Below the pieces are notes generated by a model. The model saw only the letters and a program-made list of their open reading frames with translations. It made no database searches and was not told where the DNA came from. The translations under genes were made by a program, and so were the position numbers. This document shows positions 9,527 through 19,800 of a stretch of DNA of 64,000 nt, one piece after another. Position 1 is the first letter of the stretch; each line of letters starts with the position of its first letter. The stretch comes from Candidatus Komeilibacteria bacterium RIFOXYD1_FULL_37_29 (GTDB lineage: Bacteria; Patescibacteriota; Patescibacteriia; UBA1558; GWA2-36-10). The stretch is taken from the NCBI GenBank assembly GCA_001818495.1, contig MHKS01000004.1, forward strand, positions 161,235 through 225,234, read 5' to 3'.

Positions 9527-10909
9527 ATGAGTATTTTTTTATACAACAGTTTAAGTAAACAAAAAGAAGAGTTTAAGCCTATCAAAAAAAAGCAGGTTGG
9601 TCTTTATACTTGCGGGCCGACTGTTTATAATCATCCCCATATTGGTAATTTGATGGCTTATGTGGTCTGGGATGTCTTGAAACGCATTTTGATAGCCAGA
9701 GGCTATAAGGTCAAGCATATCATGAATATTACTGACGTTGGTCATTTGACTTCCGATGCTGATGAAGGAGAAGACAAGCTGGCCAAAGCCAGTCGCGAGA
9801 CCGGCCAAAATGCTTGGCAGATTGCGGAGTTTTTTATCAAAGTATTTCGCAATAATTTGGCTAGTTTAAATATTGATGAACCGACAAAATTTTTACGAGC
9901 GACGGAAACCATCAAAGAGCAAATAGCCTTTGCCCGCATTTTGGATGAAAAAGGCTATTTATACAAAACTGCCGACGGCATGTATTTTGATACTTCCAAA
10001 ATTGCTGATTATGGAAAATTGGCTAATCTATCAAAAGTAGAGTTACAGGAAGGAGCGCGGGTAGAAAAAAATCAAGAAAAAAAGAATCTGACTGATTTTG
10101 CTGTCTGGAAATTTACACCGGAAGATATTAGCAGAGATATGGATTGGGAATCTCCTTGGGGTTTGGGTTTTCCTGGTTGGCATTTGGAATGTAGTGTTAT
10201 GAGTCGTTTGGAGCTGGGAGACACTTTTGATATCCACACTGGTGGGATTGATCATTTGACTGTTCATCATCCCAATGAAATGGCGCAGTCAGAGGCTGTG
10301 ACTGGCAAACTCCAAGCCAATTATTGGTTGCATAATGATTTTATCAAATTTGAAGGCGGTAAGATGGCTAAGTCACAGGGTACTTTGATTACTTTGGAAA
10401 ATATCAGAGAAAAGGGGTTTTCTCCTTTGGCTTTTCGTTTTTTGATTTTACAAAACCATTATCGCAATTCGCTTAATTTTTCTTTTGATTCTTTGCAAGC
10501 GGCTCAAAATGGTTTGAAAGCCATCATTAGAGAAATTGCTTTTTATGGTAAACCCAAAGGAGGATGTCAGGAACTAGAAGAGGAATTTTATCAAGCGATT
10601 GGTGATGATTTAAATACCCCCAAGGGTCTAGCAATACTCCAGAAAATTATTGATTCCGAAAATAAACCGGGCGCCAAAATGGCTAGTATTTTAAACATAG
10701 ATGAAGTATTGGGTTTACGTTTGGGTACTTTGGCCAAAAATGCTTTAGATATTTCTAGTGATGCCAAAATCATTTTGGAAGAGCGGGCCAAAGCCAGAGA
10801 TAGCCAAGATTGGGTCCGGTCTGATAAGCTACGCGATAAATTGATAGCTTTGGGTGTCGAGGTTCAAGATACAACTGATGGCCAAAAAGCTATTCAGGTG
10901 ACCTTATAA
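9527..10909 (+). CDS. cysS: cysteinyl-tRNA synthetase
   Basis: The HIGH motif (NHPHIGNL), KMSKS motif (KMAKSQG) and Zn-binding CGPTVYN are all present. Confidence 0.9.
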   Translation: MSIFLYNSLSKQKEEFKPIKKKQVGLYTCGPTVYNHPHIGNLMAYVVWDVLKRILIARGYKVKHIMNITDVGHLTSDADEGEDKLAKASRETGQNAWQIAEFFIKVFRNNLASLNIDEPTKFLRATETIKEQIAFARILDEKGYLYKTADGMYFDTSKIADYGKLANLSKVELQEGARVEKNQEKKNLTDFAVWKFTPEDISRDMDWESPWGLGFPGWHLECSVMSRLELGDTFDIHTGGIDHLTVHHPNEMAQSEAVTGKLQANYWLHNDFIKFEGGKMAKSQGTLITLENIREKGFSPLAFRFLILQNHYRNSLNFSFDSLQAAQNGLKAIIREIAFYGKPKGGCQELEEEFYQAIGDDLNTPKGLAILQKIIDSENKPGAKMASILNIDEVLGLRLGTLAKNALDISSDAKIILEERAKARDSQDWVRSDKLRDKLIALGVEVQDTTDGQKAIQVTL

Positions 10910-10915
10910 ATCTTT

Positions 10916-11653
10916 ATGAAAGTAGATAAAAAACAAATAGATTTTTTAGCCAAACTGCAAAAGCGAAAATATCGTGACGAGCACCAAAAATTTTTGTTGG
11001 AAAATCCCAAGGTGATCTTCGAAGAATACGGTAATCCGCTGTTAGATTCTGTTTATGTGACGGATTATTTTTATAAAGACAATGAAGACAGTATGGTCTT
11101 TAAGTCTATCTATCGTTTGTCAGAAAAAGATTTAAAAAATGTCTCCAGTCAGGTCACTCCAGCCGGTATTGTCGCTCTTTTTAAGATGCCTAGTCCGCAA
11201 AAATTTATTTTTAAATCCAAGCATGTTTTGATTTTAGATAGTATAGCTGACCCAGGAAATATGGGCACTATTATTCGCACGGCTGATTGGTTTGGCTTTC
11301 ATCATTTGTTTTTGGGACCAAATTGCGTAGAAGTTTACAATCCCAAGGTTGTCTCAGCCAGCATGGGGTCAATTTTTAATGTCAGTATTAATCAAGATGT
11401 TGATTTAAAAGTTTTTATTAAAGATTTAAAAGCCGAAGGGTATAAAATAGTAGTGACCGATTTGCGCGGTGAGCAGTTTGATATTTCTAAAGATAATAAA
11501 ATAGCTTTGGTGATTGGCAGTGAGGCGCGGGGAGTGGATCAAGAGATTATTAATCTAGCTGATCAGCGTTTCAAAATTATGAAGTCCGGTAAAGCCGAAT
11601 CTCTAAATGCCGCTGTGGCTGCTGGGATAGTGATGAATAAAATTAAGTTTTAG
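10916..11653 (+). CDS. SpoU/TrmH-family RNA 2'-O-methyltransferase (RlmB/YacO-like)
   Basis: The C-terminal SPOUT motifs (ALVIGSEARGV, ESLNAAVAAGIVM) are present. Its position downstream of cysS matches Firmicutes-type cysS-yacO order. Confidence 0.75.
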   Translation: MKVDKKQIDFLAKLQKRKYRDEHQKFLLENPKVIFEEYGNPLLDSVYVTDYFYKDNEDSMVFKSIYRLSEKDLKNVSSQVTPAGIVALFKMPSPQKFIFKSKHVLILDSIADPGNMGTIIRTADWFGFHHLFLGPNCVEVYNPKVVSASMGSIFNVSINQDVDLKVFIKDLKAEGYKIVVTDLRGEQFDISKDNKIALVIGSEARGVDQEIINLADQRFKIMKSGKAESLNAAVAAGIVMNKIKF

Positions 11654-11762
11654 TTTTTAGATTAAAGGGCTGGAGTTTTAAAGGTGGCTCTTTATTTTTT
11701 TTGTAAAAAATGTCATAATAGCTATGTCTTGATAAATAAATTTGTTTAGCCCTAGCTAATTT

Positions 11763-13160
11763 ATGGATTTATCTGCTCTAATTTTATTTTGCGTCTATTT
11801 GGTCAATGTTGGTTTGTTGTTTTTTATACTTTTTTATAAAGACAGGCCACGATCTTGGCCATTTTTCTGGATGTTGCTTTTGTTGGTGCTTTGGCAGACT
11901 ACCGAGCTATTAAATCTTGTTTGGCTGGTTTTTTTGGATAAAAACATTTTATTATTTGGAGTGCAGGCTGGTCTTTTGCCGACACTTTACCTGGCGCCGG
12001 CTTTTATCAGGTTGGTTTTTTCTTTGTTTGACAAATGGAAACGTCTGGCTTATTGGCAAAAGTTTTTGTGGTATTTGCCGGCTATCATTATGTCTTTTTT
12101 TGTTTTTACCCCTTACAATGTCAAAGAATTGGTCCTTGGTCAGGCCGGAAGATTTTTTTATGTCACCGGAGAGATTTATTGGTTGTTGGCGGTTTATTTT
12201 GTGGCATTATTTGGTTATGGTTTATATTTTTTGGCCAAAAATCGCCAATGCTGTGGGCCTATTATTCGTCGGCAGATCAATTATATTTTTTTAGGCACTG
12301 CTTTGACAGCTATCGCTGGATTGGTGTTTAGTATTATTTCGCCAATTTTAGGAGTCTACAATTTATATTATTTGGGAGTAAACAGTACAATATTTTTTAC
12401 GATTATTTCTACCTATGCTTTGTTCCGTTATAGGTTTTTCAATTTAAAGATTTCTTTTTATCAACTTTTGATAAATTTTTGTCGACTGTTTATCATCGGC
12501 TACGTCTATTATGTTTTTTATATTTTTTTCCGTGATTTGTTTAAAATAGATTTTAATGATATCCAAACCATATCTTTTCTACTGTTAGTTTTGGGACTTA
12601 GTGCGCCATTTCTACTAAAGATAGTGGATCGTCTTTTACTACTGCTATTTATCAATCCAGTAAATGATATCAAGGTCTCAACTGATAAGATAGCCCAAAT
12701 ACTGCGCTCTAGCCGAGATTTGGAAATCTTATTATCCCGACTGGCCAAGGAGATTGACAAAGTAGTTGATTATCGAGAAATTTTTATTTATCTGGCCAAA
12801 AAGAAAGAGCCAAAGATTTTTTATCAGGTTTTTCCGGTGGGGGAAAGACTGATTGATGGGACCAAAAGTCAGTTGATTGAATATTTGTCTGAGAAAAAGA
12901 AAATGGCCAACTTAGCGGAGATAGAGTATTTTTTTAGCAACAAAGCGCTGATGGCAGAGATGAAAGATGGTCAGATTGATATAGCTTTGCCTATTTTTTA
13001 TAATAAACAGCTATTGGGTGTTTTGATGTTGGATAATTATGCTAAGCTCTTGTCCGTCCAGGAATTGCAGTTTTTGGAAGAATTAAACAAGTATTTGGAT
13101 ATTGCCGTGGGGTCTTTGTTACTTTATCAGCAGGATATGGCGGGTAAAGAACAATGCTGA
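11763..13160 (+). CDS. membrane sensor protein: N-terminal 7TM receptor domain (histidine-kinase-type 7TM) plus C-terminal GAF-like domain, with no kinase domain
   Basis: About seven hydrophobic segments occupy the first roughly 290 aa. The C-terminal 170 aa follow a GAF-like pattern. The N-domain resembles the N-termini of the ORFs at 13227 and 19801. Confidence 0.5.
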   Translation: MDLSALILFCVYLVNVGLLFFILFYKDRPRSWPFFWMLLLLVLWQTTELLNLVWLVFLDKNILLFGVQAGLLPTLYLAPAFIRLVFSLFDKWKRLAYWQKFLWYLPAIIMSFFVFTPYNVKELVLGQAGRFFYVTGEIYWLLAVYFVALFGYGLYFLAKNRQCCGPIIRRQINYIFLGTALTAIAGLVFSIISPILGVYNLYYLGVNSTIFFTIISTYALFRYRFFNLKISFYQLLINFCRLFIIGYVYYVFYIFFRDLFKIDFNDIQTISFLLLVLGLSAPFLLKIVDRLLLLLFINPVNDIKVSTDKIAQILRSSRDLEILLSRLAKEIDKVVDYREIFIYLAKKKEPKIFYQVFPVGERLIDGTKSQLIEYLSEKKKMANLAEIEYFFSNKALMAEMKDGQIDIALPIFYNKQLLGVLMLDNYAKLLSVQELQFLEELNKYLDIAVGSLLLYQQDMAGKEQC

Positions 13161-13226
13161 TTATTTGCCAAATTTTATAAAATATGTTTTTATATTGAGC
13201 TAAGACTTTTAAATTAATTAAACAAT

Positions 13227-13925
13227 ATGGTAATTACAACATTAAGCTTACAGAACTTTACTTTAATAATCGCTGGGGCCATTAACTTGATAATGAGCAT
13301 TTTAGTTTTTTCCAGAGGGGTTAAGCATAGTAAAATTAATCTTTATTTTTCTTTGTTTACATTTTTTGGGTTTTTATGGGCAATAAGTTTATTATTTTCA
13401 AAGAGTTTATTTTTTGGTTTAGCAGCAGAGATATCTTATCGGACAGCTTATCTTGCGGCCATAGGTATAGCCATGGCCTTGTTCTATTTTTCTTATAATT
13501 TTCCATACAAAAATAAAAATTTAAATATATACTATCAACTATTTATTGTGTCATTGGCCATCATAATATCAGTATTAGGGTATTCCAAGGTTCATATTAT
13601 TGATTTTTATAATGGTGCCAACGCTTCTAATTGGTTTGTTGATTACTATAAACCATTTTATGCTTTTTATAGTTTATTTTTCCTTTATATAATATTTTCC
13701 GGGATGTATTTTTTAATTAGTAAATTAAAAAATATAGACATTTTTCTTAAGAGACAAATCATAATATTTTTAATTACGTTTATTATTGGTTTAATTATTG
13801 GGGCATATTTTAATTTATGGCTTCCTTATATGGAAAATTGGCGTTACGAATTTGCTGGGCCAATATGTGCAGTATTTATGAATGTTTATGTTTTTAATTT
13901 AATATTTCCCAAGCAAGAAAAATAG
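13227..13925 (+). CDS. stand-alone 7TM receptor-domain membrane protein, paralogous to the N-termini of the neighbouring sensors
   Basis: It has about seven TM segments. The motif SILVFSRGVKHSKINLYFSLFTFFGFLWAISLL resembles SLFVYWRGGKSILNRLWARTSLTISFWSFGLFG of the histidine kinase at 19801. Confidence 0.45.
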   Translation: MVITTLSLQNFTLIIAGAINLIMSILVFSRGVKHSKINLYFSLFTFFGFLWAISLLFSKSLFFGLAAEISYRTAYLAAIGIAMALFYFSYNFPYKNKNLNIYYQLFIVSLAIIISVLGYSKVHIIDFYNGANASNWFVDYYKPFYAFYSLFFLYIIFSGMYFLISKLKNIDIFLKRQIIIFLITFIIGLIIGAYFNLWLPYMENWRYEFAGPICAVFMNVYVFNLIFPKQEK

Positions 13926-13928
13926 TTT

Positions 13929-14915
13929 ATGGCCAAAAATAATAAAAAAATATTTTTGATTTTAGCTGGTGGCACGGGTATTTTAAATGAGCGTGGCTAT
14001 CTTTTGTCGGTGCAATCAAAGGATGACATTGAAGATTGGTTGGCTCAGATGCCGGAATTAAATATTTTAGCGGACATTGAACCGATTTTTGTCAGCGGTG
14101 AAGATGACATACTAGGATCAGATATTTGGCACAAGATAGTAGCGGTAATTTCTGATAAGGCCACTGAAGCCGACGGTTTTGTAGTAGTATCAAAAATAGA
14201 TCAACTGATTAATACTTCTTTGGCGCTTACTTTTACTTTGCAAAATTTAAAGCAAACCATTGTCCTGACATCCTCTCAAGTTAGCGGAACCAGTTTTATT
14301 GATAAAAAAGAGATTATTGGTGGACTAAAAAATAAATATGGCGGTCTTGGTCTGCGCTCCAATATAATCAATGCTATCCAAATTGCTGGGCAGCCATTGC
14401 CGTTTCCAGCGATTATTTTTGGTACTCGTCTGATACCAGCTACTAAAGCCATAATGGATTTATCTAATAATACCAATATTTTTTCCAGCATTGACAATGA
14501 TTATTGGGGCAAGGTGGATTTTGGTATTAATGTAAAATCCAATTTAAGTTATTCTAAACAAAAAACCAAAATATATACGGATAGGTTGGCGGATATTTTA
14601 ATCTTAGAAGATATCCCGGGAGTCCCCTGGTCTTTTGATAAAAAAGCCCTGGCTACTTATCGGGGGATTTTTATAACTATTAATCCTTATCAGCCACTAG
14701 AAAAATCCAAACAAGAGCAGATAGCCAAATGGAAATTGCCAACTATTTTGTATAATTATCAGTTAACCTCACCGGTTAAAGGAGCTGTCAATATATCCCA
14801 CTGCACTAAAAATACGGCTATCATCAAGGCAATGTGGGCCCTATCTTCTAAAGTTAAGGATAACAAATTTGAAGATTTAATGGCCAGAAATATTTTGGGA
14901 GAATTTTTAGAATAA
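13929..14915 (+). CDS. L-asparaginase/glutaminase-family-like protein with degenerate catalytic motifs (probable pseudo-enzyme)
   Basis: ILAGGTGIL aligns to the TGGTIAG motif but the nucleophile Thr is Ala. GFVVVSKIDQL aligns to GxVxxHGTDT but the HGTDT residues are lost. Confidence 0.4.
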   Translation: MAKNNKKIFLILAGGTGILNERGYLLSVQSKDDIEDWLAQMPELNILADIEPIFVSGEDDILGSDIWHKIVAVISDKATEADGFVVVSKIDQLINTSLALTFTLQNLKQTIVLTSSQVSGTSFIDKKEIIGGLKNKYGGLGLRSNIINAIQIAGQPLPFPAIIFGTRLIPATKAIMDLSNNTNIFSSIDNDYWGKVDFGINVKSNLSYSKQKTKIYTDRLADILILEDIPGVPWSFDKKALATYRGIFITINPYQPLEKSKQEQIAKWKLPTILYNYQLTSPVKGAVNISHCTKNTAIIKAMWALSSKVKDNKFEDLMARNILGEFLE

Positions 14916-14919
14916 TTTT

Positions 14920-15489
14920 ATGAAAATTTACTTTTATAGCAATCAATATTTGAATAATAAAGATGCTAGAGATATAATCACCCATTTTAAAAAAATTGGT
15001 GTGGAAGTATCCAGCAATTTAGACTCAACCAAAGCAACTGGCACAGAAGGAATGTCTTTGGATAAGGTAGACGCTCTGGTTTTTCAGGGAGAGAAATTGG
15101 ACACTAAGGCTAGCTATCTAATTGCTTTAGTTTTGGCTCAAAATAAAGAAGTGCTGTGTTTATTACCACATGGTGCTAAACCAGATTCATCTTTACAAGA
15201 TTTGGGGACAGATAGTAAATTGGCTAAAAAAATTCATATCGAATTGTATGATCAGGAAAATTTGAAAGAAAAGGTTTTGGCGTTTTTGAAAATTATTGAT
15301 AGTGGTGATATTAGAAATCTTTTTAGTATTAAATATACTTTGCGTTTATCAGGTAAAATAGCTGATTATTTAAACTGGAAAGCTGATCGTCAAAATATTA
15401 AAAAAGCCGACTGGCTTCGCGATCAAATACAGCAAATAATGCAAGAAGATGAGCAGTATAGCGAGTTTATTAAGAACAAATTCCAATAA
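14920..15489 (+). CDS. hypothetical protein whose N-terminal half has a nucleoside 2-deoxyribosyltransferase-like (flavodoxin-like) pattern (tentative)
   Basis: MKIYFYS...DALVFQGEKLDTKASYLIALVLAQNKEVLCLL loosely resembles the NDT-like fold signature. This is weak. Confidence 0.3.
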   Translation: MKIYFYSNQYLNNKDARDIITHFKKIGVEVSSNLDSTKATGTEGMSLDKVDALVFQGEKLDTKASYLIALVLAQNKEVLCLLPHGAKPDSSLQDLGTDSKLAKKIHIELYDQENLKEKVLAFLKIIDSGDIRNLFSIKYTLRLSGKIADYLNWKADRQNIKKADWLRDQIQQIMQEDEQYSEFIKNKFQ

Positions 15490-15668
15490 AGTTTGGGTTA
15501 TTAAAACAAATTTTATCCAGTCTTTTACAATTTACTCATTTGCTAGTGACCAGTGTGAGTGGCTAGGTGGATAAACAAAAACAGCTAAAAAAGTGGGCTA
15601 CTGGTAGTATGGCTTTTTTGCCTGAGTCGTGCTAAAATGTTGGCACTTATTATTAAAATAGAAAATTT

Positions 15669-16733
15669 ATGGATTTTCCACTGTATAAAACCAAGACTGA
15701 AGGTCAAGATAAAGTTTTTGATCTAAATGATCCAGAGGACAGGAAATTATATTTTGAATTGAAAGCCGGACCAGAAATTAGAAAACTTAAGGAGTATTTG
15801 AAAAATAATTCTTTTATTGCTTATCTTTTGGGTAAAAAAAATTCCGGCAAAGGCACTTATTCCAAGCTTTTTATGGAAGCGGTAGGGTTTGAAAATATCG
15901 GTCACATTGCGGTTGGCGACATTGTACGTGATATTCATAAAAATTTGGAAACGGAAGATGGGAAAAAAAATTTGCTGGATTTTTTATCCAAAAATTACCG
16001 CGGTTTTCATAATATTGATGAGACGCTGGATTTAATTATGGGTAGAGATCAAAGCAGTTTGATTTCTTCAGAATTAATTATTGCTTTGATAAAGTATGAA
16101 ATAAGCAAGCGTCCCAAGCAGGCAATTTTTATAGACGGATTCCCTAGAGCTCATGATCAAATAAATTATTCCCTTTATCTCAAAGAATTGATTGGTTACC
16201 GAGATGACCCCGATTTTTTTGTATTTATCAATGTTCCGGATTCCATTATAGATGAAAGAATAAAGTTTAGAGTAGTCTGCCCAATTTGCCATACACCGCG
16301 CAATTTAAAATTACTGGCGACCAAAGATATTGGCTATGATACAAAAGACAAAGTTTTTTATTTGATGTGTGATAATCCAAGTTGCAGTCAGGCTAGGATG
16401 GTAGCCAAAGAAGGAGACTCTTTGGGCATTGAGCCGATTCGTAGTCGTTTGGAAGTGGATAATCAGATTTTTCAGAAATTATTGAATCTAACGGGTGTAC
16501 CTAAAATTTATTTAAGGAATTCCATACCGCATAAGGTAGCTAAAGATTATGTTGATGATTATGAAATTACTCCTCAGTATAATTATGACATTGATTCAGC
16601 GACTGACAAAATAAAAGTAAGCGAGAGTCCATGGGTTGTCAAGGACGATCAAGGTGAGGACTCTATCAGTTTATTACCGCCGGCTGTAGTAGTTAGTTTT
16701 ATTAAACAAGCTGTGGAAATTTTAGGATTGTAG
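15669..16733 (+). CDS. adenylate-kinase-family (NMP kinase) protein with N- and C-terminal extensions
   Basis: It has a P-loop GKKNSGKGTYSKL, the NMP-kinase IDGFPR motif and a LID-type zinc knuckle (VCPICH...CDNPSC). Its 354 aa compare with about 215 aa for a canonical Adk. Confidence 0.6.
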   Translation: MDFPLYKTKTEGQDKVFDLNDPEDRKLYFELKAGPEIRKLKEYLKNNSFIAYLLGKKNSGKGTYSKLFMEAVGFENIGHIAVGDIVRDIHKNLETEDGKKNLLDFLSKNYRGFHNIDETLDLIMGRDQSSLISSELIIALIKYEISKRPKQAIFIDGFPRAHDQINYSLYLKELIGYRDDPDFFVFINVPDSIIDERIKFRVVCPICHTPRNLKLLATKDIGYDTKDKVFYLMCDNPSCSQARMVAKEGDSLGIEPIRSRLEVDNQIFQKLLNLTGVPKIYLRNSIPHKVAKDYVDDYEITPQYNYDIDSATDKIKVSESPWVVKDDQGEDSISLLPPAVVVSFIKQAVEILGL

Positions 16734-16771
16734 ATAGGGTACCAACCACTTTGGGGGCTTTAATTAATATC

Positions 16772-16798
16772 AAAAAGCTGCCTGTAGGGCGGCTTTTT
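16772..16798 (+). terminator. rho-independent terminator after the adenylate-kinase-like gene
   Basis: aaAGCTGCCtgtaGGCGGCTtttt is a 7-bp stem with one G.U pair followed by a T-run. Confidence 0.55.
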
Positions 16799-16849
16799 AT
16801 TTTGCTTAAATAGGGCATTTTGTGGTAAAATATAGATGATTGTTATTAT

Positions 16850-18544
16850 ATGACCATTGTAGAAAAGTACAAAAGTATTGTAAAAGAGTTCGGCTCTAAC
16901 ATAGTCTTGGCTTATCTTTCTGATGATCAATATAAAACCATAACTTATAATGATTTGGATATTTATCGGGAACACTTGGCTGATATTTGGCATAATTTTG
17001 GTTTTAAAAAAGGGGAAAAGATAGCCGTGATGCTATCAAATTCACCGGAGTGGATCATGAGCGATTTGGCTGCTGCTACTTTAGGGTTAGTTGTTGTGCC
17101 ACTGCATACTACCTATAACGGAGAGTATGTTAAAAAAATGATTAAACATTCCGGCGCTAAGTATTTAGTAATTTATCGCGAATTTCTTGAAAAACATAAA
17201 GTAGCTATAGATAGTTTAAATTTGGATAAGATATTGGTCGTTGGCAGTCAAGGAGATTTACCAGGAAAAAATATTAATTCTTGGCCAGATTTGGATCAGC
17301 CCAGGCAATTGTCGCCACTGACAATTCCTATTTCCGGCGAGGATGTGCATACCATTATCTATACTTCCGGTACTACGGGCGATCCCAAGGGAGTCATGTT
17401 GACACATAAAAATTTTATTTTAGATGTAGAATCAGCTAAGCGTAATTTACCAATTTATCCCAGTGATAGGTTTTTCTCATTTTTACCATTGTCTCATATT
17501 TTTGAAAGAACGGCGGGGTATTATACGCCGATTTTTACCGGTGCCAGTGTATATTTTGCCCAGAGCAAGGATACTATTATTGACGACATCAAAAAGGCCA
17601 ATCCCACTATCTTAAATAGTGTGCCCCGTATTTTTGAAAAAGTCCATGATAAGGTTTTTGATAAAATACAAAAAGGCGGATATTTGAAGAGGAAATTATT
17701 TTTCAAAGCCATACAAATGTCTGTTTTAAAAAGAAAACATGGTTTAAATTTTTTTAGTAATATTGTTTGGAAAATTTTGGATAGCCTGGTTTTAAAAAAA
17801 ATCAGAGGAGTGCTAGGAGGAAAATTACGGGTGGCAATATCTGGCGGAGCATCATTGGATCTAAAGATAATAAAATTTTTTGAAAACTTAGGAATAAAAA
17901 TTATCGAAGGTTATGGGATGACCGAAGCTTCGCCAATTATCGCTTTGAATAGAATGGAAAATTCCAGACCGGGTACGGTTGGGCAAGCGATTGATTGTAA
18001 TGAAGTAATGATTAGTCATAAAGAGATATTGATCCGAGGAAAAAATATAATGGCTGGTTATTATCAGGCCGAAGATTTGACTAGTGAGGTTATAGATAAA
18101 GACGGTTGGCTACATACTGGCGATTTGGGTTTTATAGATAAAGACGGATTTATATCTATTATTGGTCGATCAAAAGAAGTGATAGTATTGTCTACTGGTA
18201 AAAATATTTTTCCCGAGAGTATAGAAAATGTTTTAAATGAAAGTCGCTATATTGTTCAAAGTATGGTTTATGGTGACAAACAAAAACACATCTCAGCTTT
18301 TATAGTGCCAGATTTTGAACAGTTAAAACAATGGTGCGCTGAGCAATCTATAAAATTTGACCTCAAAGACGAAAGGATTTTAAAATTTTATGAGGATAAG
18401 ATAAATGAAAGATTAATGGGAAGTGCTAAAGTAGAACAAGTTAATCATTTTAAATTAATTCCAGAAGAGTTTACTCAAGAAAATGGATTACTTACGCCAA
18501 CTCTTAAAATTAGAAGGCGTAAAATAGTGGAAAAATATAATTAA
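16850..18544 (+). CDS. long-chain acyl-CoA synthetase / AMP-dependent ligase
   Basis: The AMP-binding motif IIYTSGTTGDPKGVMLTHKN and the later GYGMTE motif are both present. Confidence 0.8.
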   Translation: MTIVEKYKSIVKEFGSNIVLAYLSDDQYKTITYNDLDIYREHLADIWHNFGFKKGEKIAVMLSNSPEWIMSDLAAATLGLVVVPLHTTYNGEYVKKMIKHSGAKYLVIYREFLEKHKVAIDSLNLDKILVVGSQGDLPGKNINSWPDLDQPRQLSPLTIPISGEDVHTIIYTSGTTGDPKGVMLTHKNFILDVESAKRNLPIYPSDRFFSFLPLSHIFERTAGYYTPIFTGASVYFAQSKDTIIDDIKKANPTILNSVPRIFEKVHDKVFDKIQKGGYLKRKLFFKAIQMSVLKRKHGLNFFSNIVWKILDSLVLKKIRGVLGGKLRVAISGGASLDLKIIKFFENLGIKIIEGYGMTEASPIIALNRMENSRPGTVGQAIDCNEVMISHKEILIRGKNIMAGYYQAEDLTSEVIDKDGWLHTGDLGFIDKDGFISIIGRSKEVIVLSTGKNIFPESIENVLNESRYIVQSMVYGDKQKHISAFIVPDFEQLKQWCAEQSIKFDLKDERILKFYEDKINERLMGSAKVEQVNHFKLIPEEFTQENGLLTPTLKIRRRKIVEKYN

Positions 18545-18548
18545 ATTT

Positions 18549-19148
18549 ATGTTTTATAAATTATTACAATTTTTTTTGTCACCATTAATACGTTTTTTTT
18601 GGGTAGGAAATGTAAATGATATTAAAAACATACCATTCAATGGATCGGCAATTGTAGCAGCAAACCATAATAGTTATTTAGATTTTTTTATATTATCTAG
18701 TATTTTGAAAAGGAGAATATATTTTTTAGCAGGAGAAGTTTTTTTCAAGAGTAAATTATGGAAACCATTAATGTTGTTAACGGGGCAGATAAAAGTTGAT
18801 AGGTATGGTGGTGATAAAAAATTAGTTTACGCCCAAGTAGAAAAAGTTTTAATTAATAATAGTTTATTAGGAATATTTCCAGAAGGCACCAGATCTAGAA
18901 ATGGAAAATTACAAAAAGGATATAACGGAGCTGTAAAATTTGCTTATCAATATAAAGTACCAATAATCCCAGTCGGTATTATTGGTACTTTTGATGCTTG
19001 GCCTCCTAATAGAAAATTTCCAAAATTAATAAAATCGAAGGTTAATATAGGATGTCCTTTTAGAATTAATAGTAATGATTTCGATTCAGAAACAAGTAAA
19101 TTAATGGATAAGATAGCCTTGCTATCGGATAAAGTTTATGAAGAATAA
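18549..19148 (+). CDS. plsC: 1-acyl-sn-glycerol-3-phosphate acyltransferase
   Basis: It has the HX4D acyltransferase motif (AANHNSYLDF) and the FPEGTRS motif. Confidence 0.75.
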   Translation: MFYKLLQFFLSPLIRFFWVGNVNDIKNIPFNGSAIVAANHNSYLDFFILSSILKRRIYFLAGEVFFKSKLWKPLMLLTGQIKVDRYGGDKKLVYAQVEKVLINNSLLGIFPEGTRSRNGKLQKGYNGAVKFAYQYKVPIIPVGIIGTFDAWPPNRKFPKLIKSKVNIGCPFRINSNDFDSETSKLMDKIALLSDKVYEE

Positions 19149-19797
19149 AATAGTTTTTTTTGATGTAGATAATACTATAGTAGATGGATATACACAAAAA
19201 TATTTTATTCATTATTTATTTAAAGAAAAATATATAAACAGTACAACTTTATTTTTGTCTTATATTTGGTTTTTTTTATATAAGTTAGGTATAGTTAAAG
19301 ATGTAAGCAGGGCCGTTAATTTTTACATAAAATTTGTTAGGGGGTTTAGTAGAGACAAATTAAATAATATAATAAAAACTTTTTTTGATGTATATATTAA
19401 GAATATAATTTATAAGGAGTTCAAACAATTAATAGAAAAATATAAAATTGAAGGAGCTAAAGTAGTATTAGTTTCTACTAGTTTAGAACCAATTGTAAAA
19501 GCAATCGCAGACTATTTAGATGTAAATGATTATATAGCTACTAAACTTAAATTAGAGAATTCTTTATATACTGGTTTAGTTGAAGGGAGTGTGGTAACAG
19601 GGGATAAGAAATTAGAATTAGTTAAACATTTACTTAGCACATATGAACATACTAACATAGAAACTTATTTTTACTCTGATCATTTGTCGGATATAGATTT
19701 ACTAAATTTTGTTGATAATCCTTATGTGGTTAATCCAAGTAAAATATTGTATAATAAGGCAGTAAGAAAAAATTGGGGAATAATAAATATAAAATAA
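19138..19797 (+). CDS. HAD-superfamily (subfamily IB, phosphoserine-phosphatase-like) hydrolase
   Basis: It starts with the motif I FFDVDNTIVDG (DxDxT). It overlaps the plsC stop, which suggests an operon with the acyl-CoA ligase and plsC. Confidence 0.65.
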   Translation: MKNKIVFFDVDNTIVDGYTQKYFIHYLFKEKYINSTTLFLSYIWFFLYKLGIVKDVSRAVNFYIKFVRGFSRDKLNNIIKTFFDVYIKNIIYKEFKQLIEKYKIEGAKVVLVSTSLEPIVKAIADYLDVNDYIATKLKLENSLYTGLVEGSVVTGDKKLELVKHLLSTYEHTNIETYFYSDHLSDIDLLNFVDNPYVVNPSKILYNKAVRKNWGIINIK

Positions 19798-19800
19798 ATA

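Noticed and set aside
11917-12331. Two overlapping ORFs (125 and 98 aa) inside the 7TM-GAF gene
   Set aside because: They are alternative frames of a membrane-protein gene and produce hydrophobic artefacts. The main frame is continuous and paralogue-supported.
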